From: Alphaproteobacteria bacterium
GTDB lineage: Bacteria > Pseudomonadota > Alphaproteobacteria > Bin95
Length of the DNA stretch: 64,000 nucleotides
NCBI GenBank assembly: GCA_965205265.1
Contig: CBDBGH010000003.1
Location: 2,432,001 to 2,496,000, forward strand
Direction: 5' to 3'
Shown: piece by piece, positions 10,947 to 20,126 of the stretch
Layout: each line of letters opens with the position of its first letter
How positions within the stretch are numbered: the first letter of the stretch is position 1
The notes under the pieces: generated by a model
What the model was told of the DNA's origin: nothing
The model's input: only the letters and a program-made list of their open reading frames with translations
The model's database searches: none
Position numbers and translations under genes: made by a program

Positions 10947-11351
10947 CTACCAGAAGGGCGTTTCGCTGACCGTGGAGACGTGGGCGGCCACGACCTTCCA
11001 GCCGAGGTCCGGGAAACGCGCCCAGGTCTGGCTCTGCCGCCCGACCAGGTCCCGGCCGCGCACCTTGAACTCGAGGTTGACCACGGCCCAGTCGCGCCCG
11101 AGGGTCAGGATTTCGAGCCGCCGGCGCGCCTCCTTGATGCCCGGCCCCGGCGGGCGGGCGACGCGGTGGGCGTGGATCTCGTCGAAGCCGTAGCCGTTCT
11201 CGTGCAGCGCGTAGCGGATCGTGTGCGGGCTCTCCCAGAAGGTTGCGTCCAGCACCGCGACATCCTTCGCCTCGAGCGCGGCCTCATAGGCTTCGAAGCG
11301 GGCGCGGACTTCGGCAACCACTTCCGGGATATTGGGCGTCATGTCCGTCAT
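10947..11351 (-). CDS. AtzH/HpxZ-like (DUF3225) protein
   Basis: PEVVAEVRARFEAYEAAL...FW.SPHTIRY...GRQSQTWARF..GWKVVAAHVS. Confidence 0.85.
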   Translation of the reverse strand: MTDMTPNIPEVVAEVRARFEAYEAALEAKDVAVLDATFWESPHTIRYALHENGYGFDEIHAHRVARPPGPGIKEARRRLEILTLGRDWAVVNLEFKVRGRDLVGRQSQTWARFPDLGWKVVAAHVSTVSETPFW

Positions 11352-12520
11352 CCGGTTCGCTCCATTGCAAGCGCCAGCGCGACGAGGCCAGCATCGGTTC
11401 CATGCCCGCCGACTATCGAAAGCCCGACCGGCAGGCCGTTCACGGTAGCGCCCGGGAGGCTGACCTGCGGCACGCCGGTGAGGCCGCCATGGCTCGCGAG
11501 CACGGAAATGCGGGTCCTCAACACTTCCTGCTCCGAGATCGACAGGCCCTTCGGCGGGGCCGGGAACGGCGTAGTCGGCAGGCAGAGCACCGCGCCCGGC
11601 GGCAGCAGATGCACCAGCCGCGCCCGCGCCTCCGCCCGGACCATCGACGCCCAGAGCCGGTCGGCCTCCGCGATGTCCGCGCCGCGCACGAGATTGCGCG
11701 CGACCGAATACGCCATGCGCGGATTGCGCAGGTCCAGCCAGTCGCGGAAAGTGAGCCAAGCTTCCCATGGTTGCAGCGTGCGCTGCGCCTTCGCCCAGGC
11801 GGAGAGGCCAGGCGGCGCCATCGTCACCTCCTCCGGGGCGCCCACGATCCGGCCGAGCCGTTCGACCGTCGGCCGGAGCGCCTCCGCCACCTCGTCGTCC
11901 GCAAAGCCGAAGGCATCGACGGCGACCAGCAGCCGGCTCGGCAGCGCCTCCGGGATCGCCTCCTGCAGCAGCACGGCCGAGACGCGCGCGAAGGTCCCGG
12001 CGTCCCGGGCGAACCAGCCCGCCGTGTCCGAGCCGGGCGCTTGGGCCATCATGCCCCGCAGGTCGAGCCGGCCCCAGCTCGGGCGGATGCCGTAAAGCCC
12101 GCAGAAACTCGACGGCACGCGCACCGAGCCGCCCGTGTCGGTGCCGAGCGCGGTGTCGCATATGCCGGCGGCGACGGCCGAGGCAGAGCCGGACGAGGAG
12201 CCGCCCGGCACCCGGCCCGGCGCAGCGGGATTGACGGGCGTGCCGTGGAAGGCGCTCTCGCCGAGTATGCCGAGCGAGACTTCGTCGGTGACCGTCTTGC
12301 CGATGAAGGCCGCGCCGGCGTCCAGCAGCGCCTCCACGGCCCAGGCGTGGCGTCCGGCCGGAACGTCGTTGCCCGGCCAGTCGGGATTGCCGCCGCCGGT
12401 CGGCAGGCCGGCCACGTCGAACAGGTCCTTGGCCGCGAAGGTCAGCCCGTCGAGCGGCCCGCCGGCGCGGCCCTCGATCCGGCGCTCCGTGCCCGGAACG
12501 AAGGCGCCGCCTTCCTCCAC
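11348..12520 (-). CDS. Amidase signature family enzyme
   Basis: KDLFDVAG, GGSSSGSA, GTDTGGSVRVPSSFCG. Confidence 0.92.
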   Translation of the reverse strand: MEEGGAFVPGTERRIEGRAGGPLDGLTFAAKDLFDVAGLPTGGGNPDWPGNDVPAGRHAWAVEALLDAGAAFIGKTVTDEVSLGILGESAFHGTPVNPAAPGRVPGGSSSGSASAVAAGICDTALGTDTGGSVRVPSSFCGLYGIRPSWGRLDLRGMMAQAPGSDTAGWFARDAGTFARVSAVLLQEAIPEALPSRLLVAVDAFGFADDEVAEALRPTVERLGRIVGAPEEVTMAPPGLSAWAKAQRTLQPWEAWLTFRDWLDLRNPRMAYSVARNLVRGADIAEADRLWASMVRAEARARLVHLLPPGAVLCLPTTPFPAPPKGLSISEQEVLRTRISVLASHGGLTGVPQVSLPGATVNGLPVGLSIVGGHGTDAGLVALALAMERTG

Positions 12521-12523
12521 CGC

Positions 12524-12907
12524 CTAGTCCCGCTCGATCAGCTGGTAGAGCACGCCGTGGCCGTCCGCCGGGTGGACGAAGACCATGCCGGTCGCTTCGA
12601 TCAGCCGCGCGCCGTTCTCCGCCATCTGCGCCTTTGCAGCCTCGAGGTCGTCCACGGCGAGCGCGACCAGATGCAGTCCTTCGCCGTTCTTTTCGAGGCT
12701 GCGGGCGATCGCGCCCTCGCCGAGCGGCTCGGCGAGCTCGATGAAGCGCCCGGAGTCACCCAGCGGCAGGATCGCGCGCCGGAGCCCCAGATGCGGCTCA
12801 TCCTCCGGCGGCGCTTCCGCCTTCAGGCCGAGCTTGGTTTCATAATCCTCGAGGCTCCGGTCCAGGTCCCTCACCCGGACGACGATATGGTCGATCCACT
12901 TGTGCAT
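12524..12907 (-). CDS. VOC/glyoxalase family protein (methylmalonyl-CoA epimerase-like)
   Basis: IDHIVVRV, FIELAEP, GEGLHLVALAVDD, FVHP..HGVLYQLIE. Confidence 0.85.
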   Translation of the reverse strand: MHKWIDHIVVRVRDLDRSLEDYETKLGLKAEAPPEDEPHLGLRRAILPLGDSGRFIELAEPLGEGAIARSLEKNGEGLHLVALAVDDLEAAKAQMAENGARLIEATGMVFVHPADGHGVLYQLIERD

Positions 12908-13192
12908 GGCTTGCGCTTTCCTTCCTTTTCGCGTCCCGCGCCTTCCCGGCGCGGGCAGGGAACAACCCTCCGTGTGTCACGAAATGCCGGTTTTGTCATG
13001 GCCGGCGATGCGACAATCGGCACAGACCGGCCGACTTGAAGCGCGGAGGGCGGGCGGCTATATGCAGGGCATAATTATCTTCCGCGCCCATGACTGCATG
13101 GCCCCGACGCCGTTTACGGCGGAACGGGACGGGAGACTTACAGTCGCGGACAGACGAATGGACCGCGAAATCGAGGGAAGGAGAACCGCCCC

Positions 13193-13768
13193 ATGTCCGA
13201 CCAGAAGCGCCTTTCCGGCATGACCGTCGCCGTGCTCGTCGCCAACGGCTTCGAGGAAATCGTCATGACCGACACCCAGAAGGCGCTGGCTGCCGAGGGC
13301 GCCGCGATCCGCATCGTCAGCCATGAAATCGGGCTGGCCAACGGCTGGCATGAGGGGACCTGGGGTCACAATTTCTACATCGACACCCGCATTACGGACG
13401 CGCTGCCGAGCGACTTCGACGGCCTGCTGGTGCCGGGCGGGGAGCGCAGCATCGCCGCGCTCAGGGAGAACGCCCATGCCCGCCGCGTGGTCAAGGGCAT
13501 GATGGAAGCCGGCAAGCTCGTCGCCATTGTGGGCGATGCGGTGGAAATGCTGGTTGCGGCGGAAGCCGCGCGGTGCCGCAAGGTGACGGGGGTCGAAACG
13601 TCCCGTGCGCGCGTCGAGGCGATGGGCGCCGTCTGGTCCGAGGCGCCGCTCACCGTGGACGGCAATCTGGTCACCGCCGCGGGTTCGGACGAGCTGGAGG
13701 GCCTGATCGCCGCGGTGATCGACAGCCTCGTCGCCGCGCCGGAAGGCGAGCGCCAGCAGGCCGCCTGA
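13193..13768 (+). CDS. DJ-1/PfpI family protein
   Basis: VAVLVANGFEE, FDGLLVPGG, VDGNLVT; the usual ICHG nucleophile position reads IVGDA. Confidence 0.8.
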   Translation: MSDQKRLSGMTVAVLVANGFEEIVMTDTQKALAAEGAAIRIVSHEIGLANGWHEGTWGHNFYIDTRITDALPSDFDGLLVPGGERSIAALRENAHARRVVKGMMEAGKLVAIVGDAVEMLVAAEAARCRKVTGVETSRARVEAMGAVWSEAPLTVDGNLVTAAGSDELEGLIAAVIDSLVAAPEGERQQAA

Positions 13769-13805
13769 CCCCGCAACACAGGAAACGGAGCGCCGCCGAC
13801 GGCGT

Positions 13806-14273
13806 TCAGAACACGCCCGCTTCGAGCCCGGCGGCGAGCGTCATGCCGAGCTCCTCGCAGTCGGCGGCGAACGCCTCCCGCCATTCCCCCCGGCATAGCA
13901 CCGGCTCGGCCACAGCGCGCCAGCGCAGGCCCGTCGTGATCGTCTCGATGGCCCGCCTCGTGCCGGTGCCGTCATGGCCCGCGCGGATATAGAAGCCGAA
14001 GGGGCGGCCCTGGGTCTCCTCCAGGCAGGGATAGTAGATGCGGTCGAAGAAGTCCTTCAACGCGCCGCTCATATAGCCGAGGTTTTCCGTCGTCCCGAGC
14101 AGCAGCGCATGCGCCGCGAGCACATGGTCCGGCGTCGCGTCGAAGGGGCTCAGCACTTCCGTCTCGACGCCCTCGATATCGGGATGGCGCGCGCCGGCCA
14201 CCGCGGCGTCCCGCAGCCGGAGCGTATTCGGCGAGGGCGCGTGGGCGACGATCAGCAGGCGGCGGCCGGACAT
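13806..14273 (-). CDS. Flavodoxin family protein
   Basis: HAPSPNT, GTTENLGYMSGALKDFFDR, RAGHDGTG. Confidence 0.85.
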   Translation of the reverse strand: MSGRRLLIVAHAPSPNTLRLRDAAVAGARHPDIEGVETEVLSPFDATPDHVLAAHALLLGTTENLGYMSGALKDFFDRIYYPCLEETQGRPFGFYIRAGHDGTGTRRAIETITTGLRWRAVAEPVLCRGEWREAFAADCEELGMTLAAGLEAGVF

Positions 14274-15343
14274 GCCTGCTCCAGCAGGAAGGGCGCGCCC
14301 GAGCCGGCCGCGACGGCGCGGATTTCCTCGAACAATGTGTCGGTCATCGGGATGCCGGTCCCGAGCCGCTCGCGGCGCGCCTCATGCTCGGGGTCGCCCG
14401 GCACCAGCACCGGCCGGGCCGGGTCCGCCGGCGGCGTCGCCCGCAGCTCCGCCGTCAGCGCGCCCAGATCGTCGGGGAAACGGGCATTGAAGAAAGCGGG
14501 GTCGAGCGCAAGGAAGAAATGGCCAACCTCGATGAACCGGCCGGGCTCGCCCGTCGCGAGGTCGATTCCGCCCACATTCGCGCCGCCGAGCACGCTGGCG
14601 AGGATGTCCACCATCACCGCCAGGCCGTAGCCCTTGTGGCTGCCGAGCGTGCGGGTGCCGCCGAGCGGCGTCAGGCGCTTCGGCTTTGCATCGAAGGCGG
14701 CGGCCGCATCGGTCTCGGGCCGGCCGTCCGGGCGCACGGCCCAGCCTTCCGGCAAGGGTTTGCCCGCCCGGCGCGCGATGTTGACCTTGCCGACCGCAAC
14801 GGTGCTGGTCGCCATGTCGAGCAAGAACGGGTCGCCCTCGGCCGGGCGCGCGGCAAACGCGATGGGATTGGTGGAGAAGCGCGGCTCGCGGGCGCCGGTC
14901 GGCACCACGGAACGCTGCGTCGTGCCGGTGCAGGCGAAGCCGATGAGGCCGCGCTCCGCAGCGATGGTGGAATAGACGCCGGCCGCGCCGAAATGGTTGG
15001 AGTGGACGACGACCGAGACGCCAAGACCGGCCAGGGCCGCCTTGTCGCAGGCCCGCTCCATGGCGAAGCGCGCGGGCGGATGGCCGATGCCGTGGCCCGC
15101 GTCTACAAGGGTCAGAACGGGCCCCTCGCGGAGCGTGCGGACCTCCGCCAGCGGGTCGATCCTGCCGTCGCGCCGGCGCTGGTCGTAGGTCGGCAGCATG
15201 CCGACGCCATGGCTGTCTATGCCGCGAAGATCGGCCTCGACCATCAGCGCCACGGCGGTCTCGACAGGCTCCGGGCGCATGCCCCAGGCGAGAAACACCG
15301 CCCGTATTTGCGCCGCCAGCAGGGTGTGCGGGACCGTAATCAT
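14252..15343 (-). CDS. Ldh_2 (malate/L-lactate/ureidoglycolate) family oxidoreductase, paralog 1
   Basis: DLRGIDSHG, SNHFGAAG, STNPIAF, LDMATS, GSHKGYGL. Confidence 0.9.
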   Translation of the reverse strand: MITVPHTLLAAQIRAVFLAWGMRPEPVETAVALMVEADLRGIDSHGVGMLPTYDQRRRDGRIDPLAEVRTLREGPVLTLVDAGHGIGHPPARFAMERACDKAALAGLGVSVVVHSNHFGAAGVYSTIAAERGLIGFACTGTTQRSVVPTGAREPRFSTNPIAFAARPAEGDPFLLDMATSTVAVGKVNIARRAGKPLPEGWAVRPDGRPETDAAAAFDAKPKRLTPLGGTRTLGSHKGYGLAVMVDILASVLGGANVGGIDLATGEPGRFIEVGHFFLALDPAFFNARFPDDLGALTAELRATPPADPARPVLVPGDPEHEARRERLGTGIPMTDTLFEEIRAVAAGSGAPFLLEQACPAAAC

Positions 15344-15398
15344 GCGCGCTCCGGCAGCAACGGAGGGCCAAGGCGATGGCGTGGATGCAAGCCCGCCG

Positions 15399-15767
15399 CT
15401 ACCGGGTCTGTTGCGCCAGAATCAAGTCAATCTTGCGGTGCAGTTCGGATTGGCCGGTCTCCAGCCTCGCCACGCCGTCCTCAAGCCTCTCCACACTGGC
15501 TTCCACTTTCTCCAGCCGCGCGTCCATGGCTGCCAAATTCGTCTGCAGCACCGCGATAGCGACGCCGTTTTCATGGATTGCCTCCCGGTTGGCCTGCGTC
15601 TCGAGCGCGATCCAGCCTACCAGCGCCAGAAAGGCCACGACGAGCGCGACGGCCATCGGGTTGCGGGTAAGGTCGCCGCCGCCCGACTTCGCCAGCAGCC
15701 GGCGAAGGGCCTGCCTTTCCTCAGCGGTAAAAGGGGCGCCGGTCGATTCCGCAGCCATCCGTTCCAT
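15399..15767 (-). CDS. Small hypothetical protein, single TM plus coiled coil
   Basis: MERMAAESTGAP...; hydrophobic AVALVVAFLALVGWIAL then heptad pattern MDARLEKVEASVERLEDGVARLE; alternative start 15758. Confidence 0.65.
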   Translation of the reverse strand: MERMAAESTGAPFTAEERQALRRLLAKSGGGDLTRNPMAVALVVAFLALVGWIALETQANREAIHENGVAIAVLQTNLAAMDARLEKVEASVERLEDGVARLETGQSELHRKIDLILAQQTR

Positions 15768-15808
15768 CCTTGTCGATCCGTCGAGACTACAGGCCGGTCG
15801 CTTGCCTG

Positions 15809-16840
15809 TCAGCCCTCCAGCAGGAAGGGCGCGCCGGCGCGCCGGCAGACGTCGCGCAGCTCCTCGAAGAGCGTGTCCGTCATCGGGATGCCGTTCGCCT
15901 TGCGCGCGGCATGGGCGGCGTATTCCGGGTCGCCCGCCACCATGACCGGCTCTGCCGGGTCGGCGGGCGGCGTCGCGCGCAGCATGGCGAGCAGCCGGTC
16001 CATGTCGGTCTGGAACGCGCCCTCCTCCCGCAGATGCGAGGGATCGACGGCGAAGAAGAAATGCCCCGTCTCGCGACCGAGGCAGCCGGAGAGCGTCGCG
16101 CACAAGATCTCCACCATGGCGCCGAGCCCGTAGCCCTTGTGGCCGCCGAGTTCGCGCGTGCCGCCGAGCGGCGTCAACAGCCCGACATCGTGCCCGTGCG
16201 GGGCATCCGTAATCGGTGCGCCGGTCCGGTCCACCATCCAGCCTTCCGGGATCGCCTTGCCGGCGCGCCTCGCAATCGAGACCTTGCCGAAGGCGACTGT
16301 GCTGGTCGCCATGTCCAGCGCGAAGGGCCGGTTCGCCCGGGCCGGGGCGGCGAAGCCGATGGGGTTGGTGCCGAGCGCGGCGTCGGCGCCGAACATGGGC
16401 GCCACCTGCTTGGTCGGCGCATTGGTGAGCGAGAGGCCGACCAGCCCCTCTTCCGCCGCCATCCCGGAATAGTAGCCGGCCGCGCCGTAATGGTTGGAGT
16501 TGCGCACCGCGACCGCCGCCGCGCCGGCTTCGCGCGCCTTGTCCATCGCGGTCCGCATGGCGAGCACAGCGGGCGGGTGGCCGAGGCTCCGCCCGGCGTC
16601 GATGAGCGCCAGCGCGCCCGTCTCGCGCTCGATGCGGATGTCGGGCTTCGGCTCGATGCGGCCCTCCTCCTTCGCCTTCTGGTACCAGGGCAGCATGCCG
16701 ACGCCGTGGCTGTCGATGCCGGCCAGGTCGGTCTCGACCATGACATGAACGGTCGTCTCGATATGGTCCGGCGCCATGCCCCAGGCCTCGAAGACCGCGG
16801 CGATCTGGCGGCGAAGCAAAGCGTCGTCGATGGTGTGCAT
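15809..16840 (-). CDS. Ldh_2 family oxidoreductase, paralog 2
   Basis: DLAGIDSHG, SNHYGAAG, GTNPIGF, LDMATS, GGHKGYGL; ATG 16840. Confidence 0.9.
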   Translation of the reverse strand: MHTIDDALLRRQIAAVFEAWGMAPDHIETTVHVMVETDLAGIDSHGVGMLPWYQKAKEEGRIEPKPDIRIERETGALALIDAGRSLGHPPAVLAMRTAMDKAREAGAAAVAVRNSNHYGAAGYYSGMAAEEGLVGLSLTNAPTKQVAPMFGADAALGTNPIGFAAPARANRPFALDMATSTVAFGKVSIARRAGKAIPEGWMVDRTGAPITDAPHGHDVGLLTPLGGTRELGGHKGYGLGAMVEILCATLSGCLGRETGHFFFAVDPSHLREEGAFQTDMDRLLAMLRATPPADPAEPVMVAGDPEYAAHAARKANGIPMTDTLFEELRDVCRRAGAPFLLEG

Positions 16841-16892
16841 GGCGTCTCCCCCCGCTCCGGCGCATGATAAGCCCGCCGGGGGAGGAAGCGCG

Positions 16893-17342
16893 ATGGCCGA
16901 TTTCGATATGCCCGCCGAGGATGTGGAGGCGATCCGGGCCTGGTTCGACGACTGGGGTGCGGAGGTGGCGCGGCGGGACTTCGCCTCCGCGCGGCGGCGC
17001 TTCGACCCGGATGTGCTCGGTTTCGGCACCTGGATGGACCATGTCGAGGGGCTGGAGGCGCTGGAGGCGCGCCAATGGCGCAGCATCTGGCCGGGTATCG
17101 AGGATTTCGAGCACCGGACGGAAGGCCTGCGCTGCATGGTGTCGCCGGACCGGACGATGGCCTTCGGAATGACGGTGTGGACCTCGACCGGCTTCCACGA
17201 AGACGGGACCGCCTACGACCGGCCGGGCCGGACGACGGCGGTCTTCACGCGCGAGAAGCCCGGCGACCCGTGGCGCTGCGTGCACACCCATGTTTCGCTG
17301 TTCCGGGATGTGCCGCAACGCTCCTGGGGCCGCCGGGGCTGA
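16893..17342 (+). CDS. NTF2/SnoaL-like (YybH) protein
   Basis: RPGRTTAVF...WRCVHTHVSL C-terminal motif. Confidence 0.8.
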   Translation: MADFDMPAEDVEAIRAWFDDWGAEVARRDFASARRRFDPDVLGFGTWMDHVEGLEALEARQWRSIWPGIEDFEHRTEGLRCMVSPDRTMAFGMTVWTSTGFHEDGTAYDRPGRTTAVFTREKPGDPWRCVHTHVSLFRDVPQRSWGRRG

Positions 17343-18768
17343 AGGCGGGCCGCGGCGGCAAGCGGGGTCCGGACGCCGCCGGGCGATGCCGCCCCCGGCA
17401 TTGCGTATCCGTGGCCGGCGGCGGGTTCCAGACGCGGCCGAAAAGGGATGCGGCGACCCCGGCGCCGAAGCAGAACTGGCCGGCGGCGACACAGGCGAAC
17501 AGGGCCGCCGGGCCGCTGCCGAACCACAGCACGGCAACCGCCCCGCCGCCTCCGGCAACGATCAGCCGAATCGCCCCGGCGGTCACCGGCAAAGCCATGC
17601 TGCCGGTGCCCTGGGAGGCGAAGTAGAGGGCCATGCCGAGGCCGAACAGGCCGTAGAAGGGTGCTGCAATCCGTAGATATTGCGCGCCGAATGCGATGAT
17701 CGCAGCGTCCGAGGTGAACCGGTCGAGCCACAGGGACGGCCAGAGCGCCGCGGCCAGGCCGACCGCGCCGGCCGCGCCGCCGACGATCAGGCCGCCGGTC
17801 CAGGCGATGCGCCGCGCCCGGCCGATCTGCCGCGCGCCGAAATTCGCCCCGGTTGTGGCCGTCAACGCCATTCCCACGCCGGCGGACAGCGGGACGATCA
17901 GCAGTTCGAGCCGGCTGCCCAGCCCGTAACCGGCGAGAGCCCCGACGCCGAACTCGGCCGCCAGCCGGGTGACGATCAGGACGGTTCCGATGGTCATGAC
18001 GGTGTTGCCGCAGGCCGGCAGGCCGACCTTCAGGATATCGCGAAACAGGTCGGCGCTCAGGCTCCAGCCGGTCCGCAGCTGCGCGCCGCGCCCGCCGCGG
18101 GCCAGGTTCAGGGCGAGCATGAGCGCGATCAGGCCGTAGATCGCGGTGACCGACACCGCCGGGCCGACCGTTCCGAGCCGGGGCAGCGGCCCCCAGCCCA
18201 AGGTAAGCCCGCCGCTGAGCCCGACATGGAGCAGCGCTCCGACGCCGATCCACCGCGCGGGGGTAGCCATGTCGCCCGTCGCCCGGATCGCTGCCGCGAA
18301 CAGGTTGGCGAGCCACATGAAGATGCCGCCGGCAAACAGGATAACGGCATAATCGACGGCGCCGTCCAGCACGGCTCCCCGGCCGCCGAGGCCGGCGAAG
18401 ACCGGCCCGGCGAACAGGCCGAATGCCGCGAAATAGATGAACGCCATGACGATGGCGATAACGATGCCGTGGCGGACCAGGGCGTCGGCCCGGGCGGCGT
18501 CCCCGGCGCCGAGCGCGCGGGCGACCGCGGAGGAAACCGCGCCGCCCATCGCGCCGGCCGACATCATCTGCATCATGGCCTGAACTGGGAAGACCAGGGC
18601 GATCGACGCCAATGGCAGGGCCCCGAGCCGGCCGATATACCAGGCGTCGGCGATCCAGATCGCGGTGAGGGAGAAGGCGGTTGCAACGTTGGGCGCCGAC
18701 AGCTTCGCCAGCATCGGCGCGACCGGGCCGCCGAGCATGGCGGCGAAGCGGTTGTCGGGCTTCGTCAT
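17245..18768 (-). CDS. MATE family efflux transporter
   Basis: About 12 TM segments, GAMGGAVSSAVARALGAG, RATGDM, GYGLGSRLE; long C-terminal extension overlaps the convergent gene. Confidence 0.88.
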   Translation of the reverse strand: MTKPDNRFAAMLGGPVAPMLAKLSAPNVATAFSLTAIWIADAWYIGRLGALPLASIALVFPVQAMMQMMSAGAMGGAVSSAVARALGAGDAARADALVRHGIVIAIVMAFIYFAAFGLFAGPVFAGLGGRGAVLDGAVDYAVILFAGGIFMWLANLFAAAIRATGDMATPARWIGVGALLHVGLSGGLTLGWGPLPRLGTVGPAVSVTAIYGLIALMLALNLARGGRGAQLRTGWSLSADLFRDILKVGLPACGNTVMTIGTVLIVTRLAAEFGVGALAGYGLGSRLELLIVPLSAGVGMALTATTGANFGARQIGRARRIAWTGGLIVGGAAGAVGLAAALWPSLWLDRFTSDAAIIAFGAQYLRIAAPFYGLFGLGMALYFASQGTGSMALPVTAGAIRLIVAGGGGAVAVLWFGSGPAALFACVAAGQFCFGAGVAASLFGRVWNPPPATDTQCRGRHRPAASGPRLPPRPAFSPGGPRSVAAHPGTAKHGCARSATGRRASRA

Positions 18769-18871
18769 GGCGGACACACGGTTGTTACGGTGAGGGCGGT
18801 TGTCGGGCCGCCGGCAGGCGCGGCGCTCGGTCGGGGAGGGACGAGCGCCGCGCCGGGAAGGAGGGATACCG

Positions 18872-19048
18872 TCAGGCGCGCCGGGCGCCGCCATGCGCCG
18901 CCGGCTGGAGCAGACGGGCGAGGCCGGTGCGGATCGACCGTTCGAGCCGGGCGAAAGCGCCGGCGAAGGCCTCGGCGCGCAGCTGCCGGCCGCGGGCCAC
19001 GGCCCGGTCGATTTCGGCCTGGGTGAGGGTGTAGGGTCTCTGGATCAT
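18872..19048 (-). CDS. Small 58-aa protein (RSP_7527-like), absent from the ORF track
   Basis: MIQRPYTLTQAEIDRAVARGRQLRAEAFAGAFARLERSIRTGLARLLQPAAHGGARRA*; purine-rich GGAGACAGGACAG upstream; divergent from LysR. Confidence 0.65.
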   Translation of the reverse strand: MIQRPYTLTQAEIDRAVARGRQLRAEAFAGAFARLERSIRTGLARLLQPAAHGGARRA

Positions 19049-19135
19049 CTGTCCTGTCTCCGGGTTCGGATTTCCGTTGACGCCCTATTTATTATCGCCC
19101 CTCTTATTTACAATAAGATGAAAAATGATATGATA

Positions 19136-19152
19136 TTTGCAAATAAAGCAAA
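19136..19152. promoter_or_regulatory. LysR-type T-N11-A operator
   Basis: TTTGC-AAATAAA-GCAAA dyad in the AT-rich divergent spacer just upstream of the LysR ATG. Confidence 0.6.
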
Positions 19153-19164
19153 GATGAGTGCGCC

Positions 19165-20106
19165 ATGAATTCGCTGAACGCCATCCGCCTTTTCACCGCC
19201 TCCGTCGATGCCGGCAGCTTCTCCGAGGTCGGGCGGCGGCTCGGCATGGCGCCGTCCTCGGTGTCGCGGCAGGTCGCGGCGCTGGAGGACAGCGTGGGCG
19301 CCCAGCTCATCCACCGCACCACCCGCAAGCTCAGCCTGACGGAGGCCGGGCGGCTCTATTTCGAGCGCGTCTCGCGCATCCTGGCGGCGCTCGACGAGGC
19401 GACCGCGGCCGTGTCGCATCTGGAGGAGTCGCCGCGCGGCGTACTGCATGTCAACGGACCGACGGCCTTCGGCGTCCGCCATGTCGCGCCGGCGCTGCCG
19501 GACTTCCTGGCGCGCTATCCGGAAGTGCGGATCGAACTCACGCTCACCGACAATTTCGTGGACCTGCTTGAGGTTGGCGCGGATGTCGCCGTGCGCGTCG
19601 GCGAGCTCGAGGATTCGAGCCTGATCGCGCGCCGGCTCGCGCCCAACCGGCGCGTCCTCTGCGCAAGCCCCGGCTATCTGGCGAAGGCCGGGGCGCCGGA
19701 GCGCCCGCAGGACCTCGCGGACCACAACTGCCTCGTCTATACGCGCCACCACGGCAATGTGAACTGGAACCTGGGCGGCCCGGACGGGCTCGCGGAAGTG
19801 CGCGTCGGCGGCAATATGCGCACCAACAACACCGAGGCGGTCCACGCCGCGGCGCTCGGCGGGCTCGGCATCGCGCTGCTCCCCTCATGGCTGGTGGGGC
19901 AGGAGGTGCAGTCCGGCCGGCTTGCGGAAGTGCTGCCCGGCTACCGCGCCGCGCCCGGAGCGCTCGACACCGGCATCCATGCCCTCTACCCCGCCGACCG
20001 GCATCTCTCCACCAAGGTCCGCGCCTTCGTCGATTTCCTGGTCGAACGCTTCGGCCCCCGCCCCTACTGGGAGGAGACGCCGGAGGGCGGGTCCGGAGCT
20101 CCTTGA
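19165..20106 (+). CDS. LysR family transcriptional regulator (CrgA-like)
   Basis: GSFSEVGRRLG..PSSVSRQVAALE..G.QLIHRTTRKLSLTEAG. Confidence 0.95.
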   Translation: MNSLNAIRLFTASVDAGSFSEVGRRLGMAPSSVSRQVAALEDSVGAQLIHRTTRKLSLTEAGRLYFERVSRILAALDEATAAVSHLEESPRGVLHVNGPTAFGVRHVAPALPDFLARYPEVRIELTLTDNFVDLLEVGADVAVRVGELEDSSLIARRLAPNRRVLCASPGYLAKAGAPERPQDLADHNCLVYTRHHGNVNWNLGGPDGLAEVRVGGNMRTNNTEAVHAAALGGLGIALLPSWLVGQEVQSGRLAEVLPGYRAAPGALDTGIHALYPADRHLSTKVRAFVDFLVERFGPRPYWEETPEGGSGAP

Positions 20107-20126
20107 ACAGCAGCCGGGGAAGAAAA

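Noticed and set aside
17245-17342. 98-bp convergent overlap of the MATE and SnoaL-like genes
   Set aside because: The MATE tail is low-complexity; most likely a lost stop codon rather than a functional overlap
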